DNA from: an uncultured Gammaproteobacteria bacterium
GTDB taxonomy: Bacteria; Pseudomonadota; Gammaproteobacteria; Steroidobacterales; UBA11654
DNA: 64,000 nucleotides
Reading direction: 5' to 3'
Assembly: GCA_902553145.1 (NCBI GenBank)
Contig: CACDKD010000007.1
Location: forward strand, 7,726-71,725
Shown: positions 29,209 through 38,705 of the stretch, piece after piece
Layout of the letters: every line of letters starts with the position of its first letter
How positions within the stretch are numbered: the first letter of the stretch is position 1
Made by a program: the position numbers and the translations under genes
Notes under the pieces: model-generated
Database searches by the model: none
What the model was told of the DNA's origin: nothing
The model's input: only the letters and a program-made list of their open reading frames with translations

Positions 29209-30393
29209 ATGGCAGATATCAATACTGAAGTTTTAATAATTGGCGGAGGTGTAGCTGGATCAGCTGCAGCGTGTGCATTGTCAAAAAAGGGGTATGAAGT
29301 TTTATTACTCGAGAAATCAGAAAAACCTCAAGATACAGCTAGAGGCGATCATCTTCAGCCTGCGGTTTGTGAAATTCTAGGAAACTGGGATGTATTGGAT
29401 CGTTTTTTTAAGAGCGGGGCAAAAAAGAGGGCTGGTTCTTTGTGGTTTGATGAAGATGCAAATTTCTTGATGGATGCAAATGTATCCAAGCTGGATATAC
29501 CCGAGCCTTACTTTATGTTCATGAATCACGAGGACATCAGTGGTGTATTTGTGTCAGCGGCTGAAGAGAATCAAAATTTTTCTTTTATGTGCCCCATTGT
29601 TTCTTGTGCGCATATAGAAACAAACGATGAGGAATCCGTCTTTGAAATTAAATCAAAAGATGGAGCGATTAAAACTGTCGCAACTAAAATGATCATGATT
29701 GCTGACGGTGTCGCCTCGAACATGGGGAGATATTTCAAATTCGAGAGAACCTCTTTCAGATACGAGAGAGCATTGGCAGTCCTTTTTTCCGATGAATACA
29801 AGGCAGATGACTTTAACAATCTGAGAACATATTTGACGGACAGAGGAATCGTCACGATGATCCCAAGAGCAAAAGGTGGATGCAAAATTGGGCTGACAAT
29901 AAATCGTGATGAAATAAAATCGTGGAAAAAAATGAGTCCAGAAGAGTATCAAGATTTTATCGGTCAACTGGTGCCAACCTATAAGAACCTGAAAATGTAC
30001 TCGGCCGGCATCTATCCTCCATCGATGATTATTGCCGAGAATTGGTCTAAAGAAAATATAGTGCTTATTGGAGATGCTTGTCACGGGTTGCACCCCGGAA
30101 GAAGTCAGGGAATGAATACAACAATCAAGTGCGTGGATCACCTTTTAGGTCTTTTGCCACCAAAAGAGTCGTTCGAGAAAAAAAGTGTCGCAGAGTCATT
30201 GAAACAATACCAGAAAGAGATGAAGTCCAATATCAATGAGCTTTTAGAGGCGAATCACTCCATGGGATTATCGATGGATAGTTTTGATCGAAAGTCTAAG
30301 GTTGATGAGATTGAAAAATTTAAACTTCTAGAACAAAACAAAGAAGCAGGGCATAACTACAGAATGAAATCTGCAGGTTATGGTGTTTTCTAG
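29209..30393 (+). CDS. FAD-dependent monooxygenase (UbiH/PHBH-like)
   Basis: GGGVAG, IADG and GDACH..HP..SQGMN motifs. Confidence 0.85.
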   Translation: MADINTEVLIIGGGVAGSAAACALSKKGYEVLLLEKSEKPQDTARGDHLQPAVCEILGNWDVLDRFFKSGAKKRAGSLWFDEDANFLMDANVSKLDIPEPYFMFMNHEDISGVFVSAAEENQNFSFMCPIVSCAHIETNDEESVFEIKSKDGAIKTVATKMIMIADGVASNMGRYFKFERTSFRYERALAVLFSDEYKADDFNNLRTYLTDRGIVTMIPRAKGGCKIGLTINRDEIKSWKKMSPEEYQDFIGQLVPTYKNLKMYSAGIYPPSMIIAENWSKENIVLIGDACHGLHPGRSQGMNTTIKCVDHLLGLLPPKESFEKKSVAESLKQYQKEMKSNINELLEANHSMGLSMDSFDRKSKVDEIEKFKLLEQNKEAGHNYRMKSAGYGVF

Positions 30394-30398
30394 ATTCA

Positions 30399-31475
30399 AT
30401 GGAAAAAAGCCTAGATAAGAAATTCTATTTCAATGATGAGATCTTTAAACAGGAACTCGATAATATATTTCACTCGGATTGGATATGTTGCGGCAGAGAA
30501 GAAGACATGGATTCCGTTGGCAGTTATACAATCTTTGAAATTGGCAATGAGAATTTTTTCATCATCAAAGACAAAAATAATGAGATTAGAGTTTTTCATA
30601 ATTTTTGTAAGCACAGAGGTTGTCAAATACTTGGGGATGAAAAATCAAGCCCATTGAAAAGGAACATCAGGTGTCCTTATCACTCATGGGTCTATAACTT
30701 TGATGGAAGTTTATACAAAGCGCCTCATCTGGATGTCGATACAGCAGACAAGAAATTTCATTTGAATAAAGTGAAGAGCGAGACTTGGGGTGGCTTCATA
30801 TTTATAAATCTCGATAAAAAACCATCTTCTTTCAAGAAATACATCAAAAATATAAGTGATCAGTTTATTCGTTACCCCTTGAATGAGCTGGTTTCGTCAA
30901 GATCCTATCAATACGAGGTATCAGCAAACTGGAAGGTGATACTTGAAAATTACAACGAGTGCTATCATTGTGCCGGGGTTCATCCAGAATTAGTCAGCAT
31001 TGTCCCCGCATTCAAAGAAAACGGTGCAAATGGACTGGATTGGGAAAAGGGTGTGCCTCACAGAAATGGTGCCAATACTTTCACGTTCAAGGGAACAACC
31101 AATAGAGATCCGTTTCCAGGACTCAATGAATCAGAAAAAGACAATCATTTCGGTCAAGCACTTTATCCGAATCTAATGATGAGCCTATCGATGGATCACG
31201 TTGCTGCATTTATTCTGAGACCGATTTCACCGACCAAAACAATGATAGACTGCCGTATTTTGTTTCATCCAAACGAAGTGGTTAAGTCCGATTTTGATCC
31301 CGACGATGCATCTGATTTCTGGCACTTGGTTAACAAACAAGATTGGGATATTTGCGAAAGGGTTCAAAAAGGAATGAGCTCTAAAGCGTTTAAATTTGGG
31401 TATTATGCGCCAATGGAAGATGAGAGCCTGGATATCAGAAAATATATTCAAGATAGACTGGGAATTAAGCTTTGA
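30399..31475 (+). CDS. Rieske non-heme iron oxygenase alpha subunit (choline/betaine-type)
   Basis: CKH...CPYH Rieske ligands; NWK..LENYNECYHC...HPEL and QDWDICERVQKG mononuclear-iron motifs. Confidence 0.9.
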   Translation: MEKSLDKKFYFNDEIFKQELDNIFHSDWICCGREEDMDSVGSYTIFEIGNENFFIIKDKNNEIRVFHNFCKHRGCQILGDEKSSPLKRNIRCPYHSWVYNFDGSLYKAPHLDVDTADKKFHLNKVKSETWGGFIFINLDKKPSSFKKYIKNISDQFIRYPLNELVSSRSYQYEVSANWKVILENYNECYHCAGVHPELVSIVPAFKENGANGLDWEKGVPHRNGANTFTFKGTTNRDPFPGLNESEKDNHFGQALYPNLMMSLSMDHVAAFILRPISPTKTMIDCRILFHPNEVVKSDFDPDDASDFWHLVNKQDWDICERVQKGMSSKAFKFGYYAPMEDESLDIRKYIQDRLGIKL

Positions 31476-32749
31476 TGCAACCAATAAAAGCGACAAATAT
31501 CCGATGGAGAGTCCTCTTCATTACTCTATTCTTGGGATACATAGCTTATGTTTTTAGAGGCAATCTTTCAGTCATTGGCAAATACCTAATGGACGATTAT
31601 GGGGTCACTCAGATTGAATTGGGTTGGCTGCTTTCATCTTTCTTATGGGGCTACACACTGTTTCAATTTCCAGGCGGGCTGCTCTCTGAAAAGATTGGTC
31701 CCAAAAGCACATTGATAGTTTGCACTGTCGGTTGCACTTTGATCACAATCATCTCTGGCTTTATTGTATTGGGTGGTTTTTCAATCGCATTGATGATTCC
31801 TCTTTTGTTCATCTGTCGTTTTCTATTAGGCGCCTTTCAAGGTCCTCTGTTTCCAGCCACTGCAGGAGGTGTTATAGCAAGATGGTTTCCTTCTGGTTCT
31901 TGGGCATTACCTAATGGAATGACTTCAACGGCGTTGGCACTTGGTTCTGCCTCAACGCCCCCAATAATTGTTTATCTAGCTGAATATTTTGGTTGGCAAT
32001 CAACATTTTTTTTAATCTCTATATTGGGAGTGATAGGGACAATCGTTTGGTGGAAGTACTCTAGGAACTGGCCCAATGAGCATCCCGACATTAACCAGGC
32101 AGAATTAGAACTCATAGGAGAACCTGATTTCAATAACAATCAGATGACTTGGCCTATGGTTAAAGAAGTACTGAAAAATAAGAATATACTATTCACATCA
32201 TTGGGTTATATGTCCATGAATTATGTTTTCTTCATATTTTATTCCTGGATCTTCATTTATTTTGTAAACATAAGAGGTTTTGATGTCTTGGAAGGAAGCA
32301 TGCTCGCAAGCTTGCCATTTCTCATGGGGGCCATTGGAGCGACCTGCGGTGGCTATCTTTGTGACAGACTACAAAAGCGATATGGTGTCATTTGGGGTCA
32401 TAGAATACCCATCATCGTTGGGCTCATACCATCCGCCGGTTTTCTCTTATTTGGTTCAATCACGGAGCATCCGTATCTTGCGGTTCTGTCTTTATCATTG
32501 TGTTATGGATTTATTGAACTGACGGAAGGTCCTTTCTGGTCAACCATAGGTTTCATCTCAGACAAACCACAAGCAGCTGGAGGGATCCTTAATACGGGTG
32601 GAAATTTAGGGGGAGTGCTGGCAACCCCATTGATACCAATAATGGTTGCCCAATATGACTGGGTAATTGCGCTCAATAGTGGAGGCGTTTTTGCCATATT
32701 AGGCGTATTATTCTTCATGCAAGTTAAATTCAATGAAGCCGATGAATGA
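31475..32749 (+). CDS. MFS transporter (ACS-like family)
   Basis: About 12 TMs; FQFPGGLLSEKIG, RFLLG..QGPLFP and NTGGNLGG motifs. Confidence 0.88.
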   Translation: MQPIKATNIRWRVLFITLFLGYIAYVFRGNLSVIGKYLMDDYGVTQIELGWLLSSFLWGYTLFQFPGGLLSEKIGPKSTLIVCTVGCTLITIISGFIVLGGFSIALMIPLLFICRFLLGAFQGPLFPATAGGVIARWFPSGSWALPNGMTSTALALGSASTPPIIVYLAEYFGWQSTFFLISILGVIGTIVWWKYSRNWPNEHPDINQAELELIGEPDFNNNQMTWPMVKEVLKNKNILFTSLGYMSMNYVFFIFYSWIFIYFVNIRGFDVLEGSMLASLPFLMGAIGATCGGYLCDRLQKRYGVIWGHRIPIIVGLIPSAGFLLFGSITEHPYLAVLSLSLCYGFIELTEGPFWSTIGFISDKPQAAGGILNTGGNLGGVLATPLIPIMVAQYDWVIALNSGGVFAILGVLFFMQVKFNEADE

Positions 32750-34808
32750 GAGATATAAAAAATTATTCGAATCAGTTGAGATAGGCCCAAAGTTAGCCAA
32801 AAATAGATTCTATCAAGTCCCACATGCAATGGGTGCAGGCAATGATATGCCAAACACAAGAGCCGCTCAAAGAGGAATAAAGGCAGAAGGCGGATGGGGA
32901 GTTGTTAATACAGGTTATTGCTCCATTCATCCCTCAAGCGATGACAGGCCACTTCCGTTTGCCAGATTATGGTCAGAAGAAGACATTGCCTCGCATGTCC
33001 CAATGATAGAGGCAGTTCATGAACACGATGCCCTTGCTGGCATTGAATTTTTTCATGGCGGTGCCTACACAGCAAACAGACACACTCGAATGCCGCCCAT
33101 TTCACCTTCCGGAATACAACAAAAAGTCAGTGAGCTGATGGACATGCACCTGACGGCTCCAAAAGTCATGGACAAAAAAGATATCAAAGATTTAATCCAA
33201 TGGCATTTGATTGCAACGGAGAGGGCCATTCAAGCCGGTTTTGATATTATCTACTGTTACGCAGGGATGGGCTTTTTGCCATACCATTTTCTTCATCCTA
33301 CATTCAATAATCGATCTGATGAATACGGAGGAAGCCTTGAGAATCGCTCTCGACTCATGAGGGAATTGATCAGTGAAATGAAAGAAGTTGCCCGCGATAG
33401 AGCCGCAATCGCTGTTCGAATGTCCACTGACGAATTGCTGACTTTTAAAAGCGAATCAAGCGAAAGCGAAGCGCATGAGTTTTTTGAGATAAACGGTGAA
33501 TTTCCCGATTTATGGGATATAAAAATGTCCTCTTGGTTTAAAGAATGTCCGAGTGGAAGATTTGCTGAGTCTGGTCACATGGAGCCCTATAATAGTTTTG
33601 TTAAAAAACTCACTTCAAAGCCTGTCGTGGGCGTGGGATGGTTTACTTCGCCCGACATTATGGCCAAGCAAATCAATGATGGCATTCTTGATTTTGTAGG
33701 TGCGGCAAGAGCGTCCATAGCCGATCCATTTCTGCCAAATAAACTAAAAGAAGGAAGAGAAGACGATATCAGAGAGTGCATAGGATGCAATATATGTGCT
33801 TCTTGCTACAACCAAGGCATTCCTGTTCGTTGCACGCAAAACCCATCCATGGGAGAGGAGTGGAGAAGGGGTTGGCACCCAGAAAAGATAAAGTCTAAAT
33901 CTTCCGATAACTCGGTGCTAGTTATAGGAGGCGGGCCTGCTGGATTGGAAGCAACACTGTCGCTCGCAAGAAGAGGGTATTCAGTTGCTGTCGCTGATTC
34001 CAATAAGGAGCTTGGTGGACGAATCAATATGGAGTCGAAGCTGCCAGGTATGACCTCCTATAAAAGAGTGGTTGATTATCGAGTCAATCAAATCAATCAA
34101 TTAAACAATGTTGATGTCTTTTTAGACAACACATTGAGCCCTGATGATGTTTTAGAGTTGGGATTTGATCATGTTGTCACAGCCACGGGGTCAACCTGGC
34201 AACCTTCAATTATGGATGAAAAATCCGCACCGGTATTAATTGATAAAACGGATACTATTATTACGCCCGAGGATGTTTTAAATGGCTGTGAACTAAAATC
34301 ACCAGTGATAATCTTTGATTTTGATTATTACTATATGGGCGGATTAATGGCCGAGTACATAAAGGATCTTGGTCATGAAGTAACGATCATCACTCCATTT
34401 GATAAAGTTTCACCCTGGAGTTTCAATAGCAATGAAATAGATGAAATTCAATTGAGGTTATTAGAAAAAGACATCAGAGTGTTCACCCAGAATCGCATCA
34501 TCACGGTAGAGGATTCTTCTGTAAAAACCATTCACAAAGTGAGTCATGAGGAAACTGATATCGATAGAGGCTCATTGGTGCTTGTTGGATACAGAAAGCA
34601 AAATGATTCGCTTTACAGTGACCTCAATTCTAGAAAAACTGATTTAAGCTCATCAGGAATTAAATCGCTTCAAAATATCGGTGACTCAAATGCCCCAGGG
34701 GCAGTTGTTCATGCTGTTTATGCCGGCCATCTTTATGCCAATACATTCGATCAAGAAGACACTGATACCAGCGATGATTTCAAACTTGAGTATCCAGTCA
34801 TTCAGTAA
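32733..34808 (+). CDS. Trimethylamine/histamine dehydrogenase-like FMN/4Fe-4S flavoenzyme
   Basis: NRFYQVPH, KAEGGW, CIGCNIC...CTQN cluster motif, GEEWRRGWHPE and GGGPAG motifs. Confidence 0.9.
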   Translation: MKPMNERYKKLFESVEIGPKLAKNRFYQVPHAMGAGNDMPNTRAAQRGIKAEGGWGVVNTGYCSIHPSSDDRPLPFARLWSEEDIASHVPMIEAVHEHDALAGIEFFHGGAYTANRHTRMPPISPSGIQQKVSELMDMHLTAPKVMDKKDIKDLIQWHLIATERAIQAGFDIIYCYAGMGFLPYHFLHPTFNNRSDEYGGSLENRSRLMRELISEMKEVARDRAAIAVRMSTDELLTFKSESSESEAHEFFEINGEFPDLWDIKMSSWFKECPSGRFAESGHMEPYNSFVKKLTSKPVVGVGWFTSPDIMAKQINDGILDFVGAARASIADPFLPNKLKEGREDDIRECIGCNICASCYNQGIPVRCTQNPSMGEEWRRGWHPEKIKSKSSDNSVLVIGGGPAGLEATLSLARRGYSVAVADSNKELGGRINMESKLPGMTSYKRVVDYRVNQINQLNNVDVFLDNTLSPDDVLELGFDHVVTATGSTWQPSIMDEKSAPVLIDKTDTIITPEDVLNGCELKSPVIIFDFDYYYMGGLMAEYIKDLGHEVTIITPFDKVSPWSFNSNEIDEIQLRLLEKDIRVFTQNRIITVEDSSVKTIHKVSHEETDIDRGSLVLVGYRKQNDSLYSDLNSRKTDLSSSGIKSLQNIGDSNAPGAVVHAVYAGHLYANTFDQEDTDTSDDFKLEYPVIQ

Positions 34809-34886
34809 ACTATTGTTTTTAATAATAATTTTCATAAATCTACCGATAACTAGACACAAAAGTTTTGAAAATAGTAGACTAATCTT

Positions 34887-35906
34887 ATGAAAAAGATCTT
34901 AAAAGGAATACTGCTATTATCCGTTATTGCTCTTGTTTATAACTATTTCATCAAACCAGATGCTGAGGTTGTATATGGAATCAACGTTGACGGCATACAA
35001 ATTGATCCAATCGATATGCATCTTCATACGGGAACATGGGAAGCTCTGACCGAGCCTTATAAGGAAAGATACTCAGAAAGAGTGCCAAAAGCATTTAGGT
35101 TCTTGATATCAAGCTTACTAAGCAGTGGACTCAAAACAGAAGGTTTACTTAAACAAATTGATAATGCTGGAATCCGCCGTGCTGGAATCTTTGCGGTCTA
35201 TAGTCCTGACACTACTGGAATCGCAAGCAATGAATTTTTATATGAGCAAATTAAAGATCATCCAGACAGGATGTTCGGCTTTTATAGCATTCGAACTGAT
35301 CATTGGAACCTAAACTCTGAGGAAGAACTAAAGAAGCTGGAAGCCGATTTAATCAAGTACCAAGGCAAGGGAATAAAATTGGCCCATGCGCATCAACAAA
35401 TGAGACTCGATGATAAGAGATTTGACGGCATTTATGATATCTCTGAGAGGTTGGGTAAGCCTTTATATATTCACACCGGAACCAGTCCAAATCCTTACAC
35501 AAGAATGGAACCGCCTTACGTCGATCCTTTATACCTTGAAGAATCAATTAAAAAATACCCAGGCGCAATCTTTATAATGGGTCATAGTGGTTATGACAGC
35601 TTCTTGGTTAAGCTCACATATCTTGATTCGTGCATAGAGCTTGCAAAGAAATATGAAAATGTCTACATAGAGCCGGGTGCTCTTGGTTCTCGAAAAGCAT
35701 CTGAAATACTGCCCATTTACCTAAAGAGAATGAAAGAAGAGGGCATTATTGATCGCGTCATTTATGGATCGGATGGTCCACAATTCCCTGGGTATACTGC
35801 CAGTCACTTAAATAATATGATTGATGCAATGGAAGAGGTTGGTTACACAGGCTTGGAGATGAAAGCCGTTCTTGAAAGCAACTTTGAACGAGTATTTGAT
35901 CTCTAA
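34887..35906 (+). CDS. Amidohydrolase_2 family protein with N-terminal membrane anchor
   Basis: DMHLH, IHTG, MGHSG and YGSDGP motifs; MKKILKGILLLSVIALVY N-terminus. Confidence 0.85.
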   Translation: MKKILKGILLLSVIALVYNYFIKPDAEVVYGINVDGIQIDPIDMHLHTGTWEALTEPYKERYSERVPKAFRFLISSLLSSGLKTEGLLKQIDNAGIRRAGIFAVYSPDTTGIASNEFLYEQIKDHPDRMFGFYSIRTDHWNLNSEEELKKLEADLIKYQGKGIKLAHAHQQMRLDDKRFDGIYDISERLGKPLYIHTGTSPNPYTRMEPPYVDPLYLEESIKKYPGAIFIMGHSGYDSFLVKLTYLDSCIELAKKYENVYIEPGALGSRKASEILPIYLKRMKEEGIIDRVIYGSDGPQFPGYTASHLNNMIDAMEEVGYTGLEMKAVLESNFERVFDL

Positions 35907-35913
35907 TCTTTAT

Positions 35914-36915
35914 CTACCTCAAAGAGTGAGAAGCTTTTCCTTTTGTTTGAACCGATAAGTTTCCATACCTAAGACTCCTCAATGCTTTTGGATTATTTTT
36001 AATATAAGCATCCAGAAAAACAACACTCATATTTGATGCAATCCGGAGTTCCTCGTATTGAAAGGGTCCAGGTACGTCTGTGCGACATATCAAGCCTCCC
36101 ATGTAATGATCCGCGCCCTCTATCAGTACGAAATGATGAGGTGAAGACGATTGAAGCAAATTCTCAGGTATTTGATATGTAAATGGCGCACTCATTCTTC
36201 CCGAGCCAACATCGCTGAAATCATTTGTGCCTGTTGAGATGAATGTTGGAATCCTCACTCCCTTCCACGGCTCAGGCGGCATTAATGCCATGTTTGTTGG
36301 ATCACTGATCATTAGTAATGCGTCAAAACGTTTTTCATCGGAGGTTTCTTTATAACCATCCATTGGATTGACCAATGTCATCCCTGATACAAGCATGGCT
36401 GTCGCAGCACCCATTGAATGTCCAGCGGCAACGATTTTATCTTGATCAAGTTTATTCTTAAGCTCCGGTATCAATTGTTCGATTTCGATCAGAGAGTCCA
36501 AAATAAAACTCATGTCTTGACGACGAGAATCAGTGACAAACAACATTTGCTGATACATTTCTCTCATGCTGTTTCGATTCATTTGAAAACCCAGTGAACT
36601 TGAATCCATATGAGTGGGTTGGATAACCACGTATCCATGACTCGCCCATTTATCAGTGAAGCCCTTATACATTGAGCCTTCAGAACCATTCCCATGGGAG
36701 AAGACAATTATAGGAAACTGACCTTCACCAACGGGATATGAAACCCTGACTGGCAATTGCTTTTCAAGGTTTTGAAAGTCAAGCAAGAATTCCTTCTCCT
36801 TGACCTCATATTTGGAATCGGAAAAAACATACTCCGTCTCAATGACAGTGCATGAGGTGATAAAAAAGAGGGCAATTAAGAAGGTTATGAGCTGAGCTTT
36901 CTTAAAAAATGACAT
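35914..36915 (-). CDS. Alpha/beta hydrolase lipoprotein (dienelactone-hydrolase/chlorophyllase-like)
   Basis: Lipobox ITSC; FSHG, WASHGYVV, GHSMG nucleophile, GTND and GADH. Confidence 0.82.
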   Translation of the reverse strand: MSFFKKAQLITFLIALFFITSCTVIETEYVFSDSKYEVKEKEFLLDFQNLEKQLPVRVSYPVGEGQFPIIVFSHGNGSEGSMYKGFTDKWASHGYVVIQPTHMDSSSLGFQMNRNSMREMYQQMLFVTDSRRQDMSFILDSLIEIEQLIPELKNKLDQDKIVAAGHSMGAATAMLVSGMTLVNPMDGYKETSDEKRFDALLMISDPTNMALMPPEPWKGVRIPTFISTGTNDFSDVGSGRMSAPFTYQIPENLLQSSSPHHFVLIEGADHYMGGLICRTDVPGPFQYEELRIASNMSVVFLDAYIKNNPKALRSLRYGNLSVQTKGKASHSLR

Positions 36916-36971
36916 AAATAGATTATAAACATATTTTACCCATCAACATTTTTATTTATTAGAATGGATGG

Positions 36972-37436
36972 ATGAAACTAAAAATGAAAAAGAAATATCA
37001 TCTCCTTTCATTCATTCTTTTTTCTTCGTTCATGCTTGCTGGATGTTCCGAAGGTGAGAAGGAATTTGAAAAGAAAACAATAAGGGTTGAAGTAACAGCT
37101 GAACAAAGCTTGGTAGATAAAACCATCTATGTATCAAGTTTTCATGCTCAGTCTGGCATTGGTTTTCAACAACATCCTTTATATGAAATTGAATCATTCT
37201 CAGTAGAGTCAACAAATTTTGAAAGATCTTTTGATTATGATCCAGCGGGCAATACAGGACTTGTGGTCTATGCCTGGGTTGACAATGATAATGATGGAAT
37301 TAACTGTACAATGGATTCAAGAGGCGATACCTCTGGAGCTGCAGTTGATGAAAGCTTTCCTGAGACAAACACTACTTTCATTATTGAATTAACAGAAAAT
37401 TGTGTAGGACCCGATTGGTTTTACCCAGTCGAATAA
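36972..37436 (+). CDS. Hypothetical lipoprotein
   Basis: Basic N-terminus, hydrophobic core and LAGC lipobox. Confidence 0.75.
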   Translation: MKLKMKKKYHLLSFILFSSFMLAGCSEGEKEFEKKTIRVEVTAEQSLVDKTIYVSSFHAQSGIGFQQHPLYEIESFSVESTNFERSFDYDPAGNTGLVVYAWVDNDNDGINCTMDSRGDTSGAAVDESFPETNTTFIIELTENCVGPDWFYPVE

Positions 37437-37437
37437 T

Positions 37438-38628
37438 TTAATTCAATGCATCAATAATTAAATTGGGAAGCATGGAATCATCCCATTCTCTAGAGTTGTA
37501 TCCTGTTCTTACAATCACCAATGATTTTGATGGGACAATATAGATTCTCTGTTTACCGATCCCATCCATAAAAAAAACATCGTCAGCCTTATAAGGTTCT
37601 CTATGAATGTTTGCAAAGGATTCCAATCGAGCATCGTATGGTCTGAATTCTTTATGTTCGGTTCCAAGCCATATCTGCATGCCATAGTTCGGGTTTGCCT
37701 TTGAAGGCGTAATCATTTGATCAACCCATCCGGCAGGCAATACTTGCTCGCCTTGAAAAACGCCTTTATTCATTAACATTTCCCCGACACGAACCATGTC
37801 CCTTATTGATGCCCACATGCAGCAATCCGTATGCACCATGCCGCCTTCTTCATCCACAAAGAAGTAACCGTCTCTGGCTCCAAGAGGTTGCCATAATTTT
37901 TCAGAGAAATACTCACTGAATCGCTTTCCAGATGATCTCTGAATAATGATTCCAAGCATCTGACTATTCGGGTTCACATGTGAGAAAACAGTGCCAGGAG
38001 GAACATCTACACCGATATTGATGTTAGCAGTGGCAATATCAAGACCCATGACTCTTTGGATTCGTTGCGATGTTGGTGAGAAATCATAATCTTCCTTTAA
38101 GCCTCCAGCCATATTAAGTAAATCGCGTATTTTTATTTCTTCTTTGGGCGTGCCTCTCCATTCTTCTATATAAACACTCGCAGCTGTATCGACAGATTCC
38201 ACATAACCGTCTTCGATTGCATGGCCCATCATGATTGCATTCATCGTTTTTGTTAGAGAGTGGAGACCAAATAAAGAATCGGATTGTGTGTCATTCCAAT
38301 ATCGTTCGAAAACAATCTTCCCTTTATGCTGAATAACCAGGCTATTGCTATTGTTTTCCTCAGCGTAAGTGCTTGCAGCTTCAAAAACATCTTGAGGTAT
38401 ATTGCTCGAGCCTGTCTCGAGTGGGGCCACAAAATTACCTTGCGTGAGCTCCAATGGCTTGTACCAAGAGAACCGAGGACTGAGAGGATTGCCCAATATG
38501 GAAGTTGTCCATCTTTCCCAATAAAGGCCATACATCCCGAATGTTGCAGGAACAAAAGTGGTCATGATCACAAACAAGAGTGCTAGAGATGACCATTTCA
38601 AAGTGCCTTTAATGAATCTTTTAATCAT
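37438..38628 (-). CDS. Serine hydrolase, beta-lactamase class C / NylB-like, exported
   Basis: SLTK (SxxK), LLNMAGG, LWQPLG and IYIVPSKSLVIVR motifs; N-terminal TM. Confidence 0.88.
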   Translation of the reverse strand: MIKRFIKGTLKWSSLALLFVIMTTFVPATFGMYGLYWERWTTSILGNPLSPRFSWYKPLELTQGNFVAPLETGSSNIPQDVFEAASTYAEENNSNSLVIQHKGKIVFERYWNDTQSDSLFGLHSLTKTMNAIMMGHAIEDGYVESVDTAASVYIEEWRGTPKEEIKIRDLLNMAGGLKEDYDFSPTSQRIQRVMGLDIATANINIGVDVPPGTVFSHVNPNSQMLGIIIQRSSGKRFSEYFSEKLWQPLGARDGYFFVDEEGGMVHTDCCMWASIRDMVRVGEMLMNKGVFQGEQVLPAGWVDQMITPSKANPNYGMQIWLGTEHKEFRPYDARLESFANIHREPYKADDVFFMDGIGKQRIYIVPSKSLVIVRTGYNSREWDDSMLPNLIIDALN

Positions 38629-38705
38629 ATCTATTCCAATATACCCATAAAAGTTACAATATTGACATTATTTTTATCATTTTTAACTGATTCGAGACCA
38701 ATAGA

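Noticed and set aside
35914-36915. GHSMG motif suggesting a PETase/cutinase
   Set aside because: The motif is common in alpha/beta hydrolases. The surrounding sequence (FSHG, QPTH, long insertions) fits dienelactone-hydrolase-like proteins, and I see no PETase-specific features.
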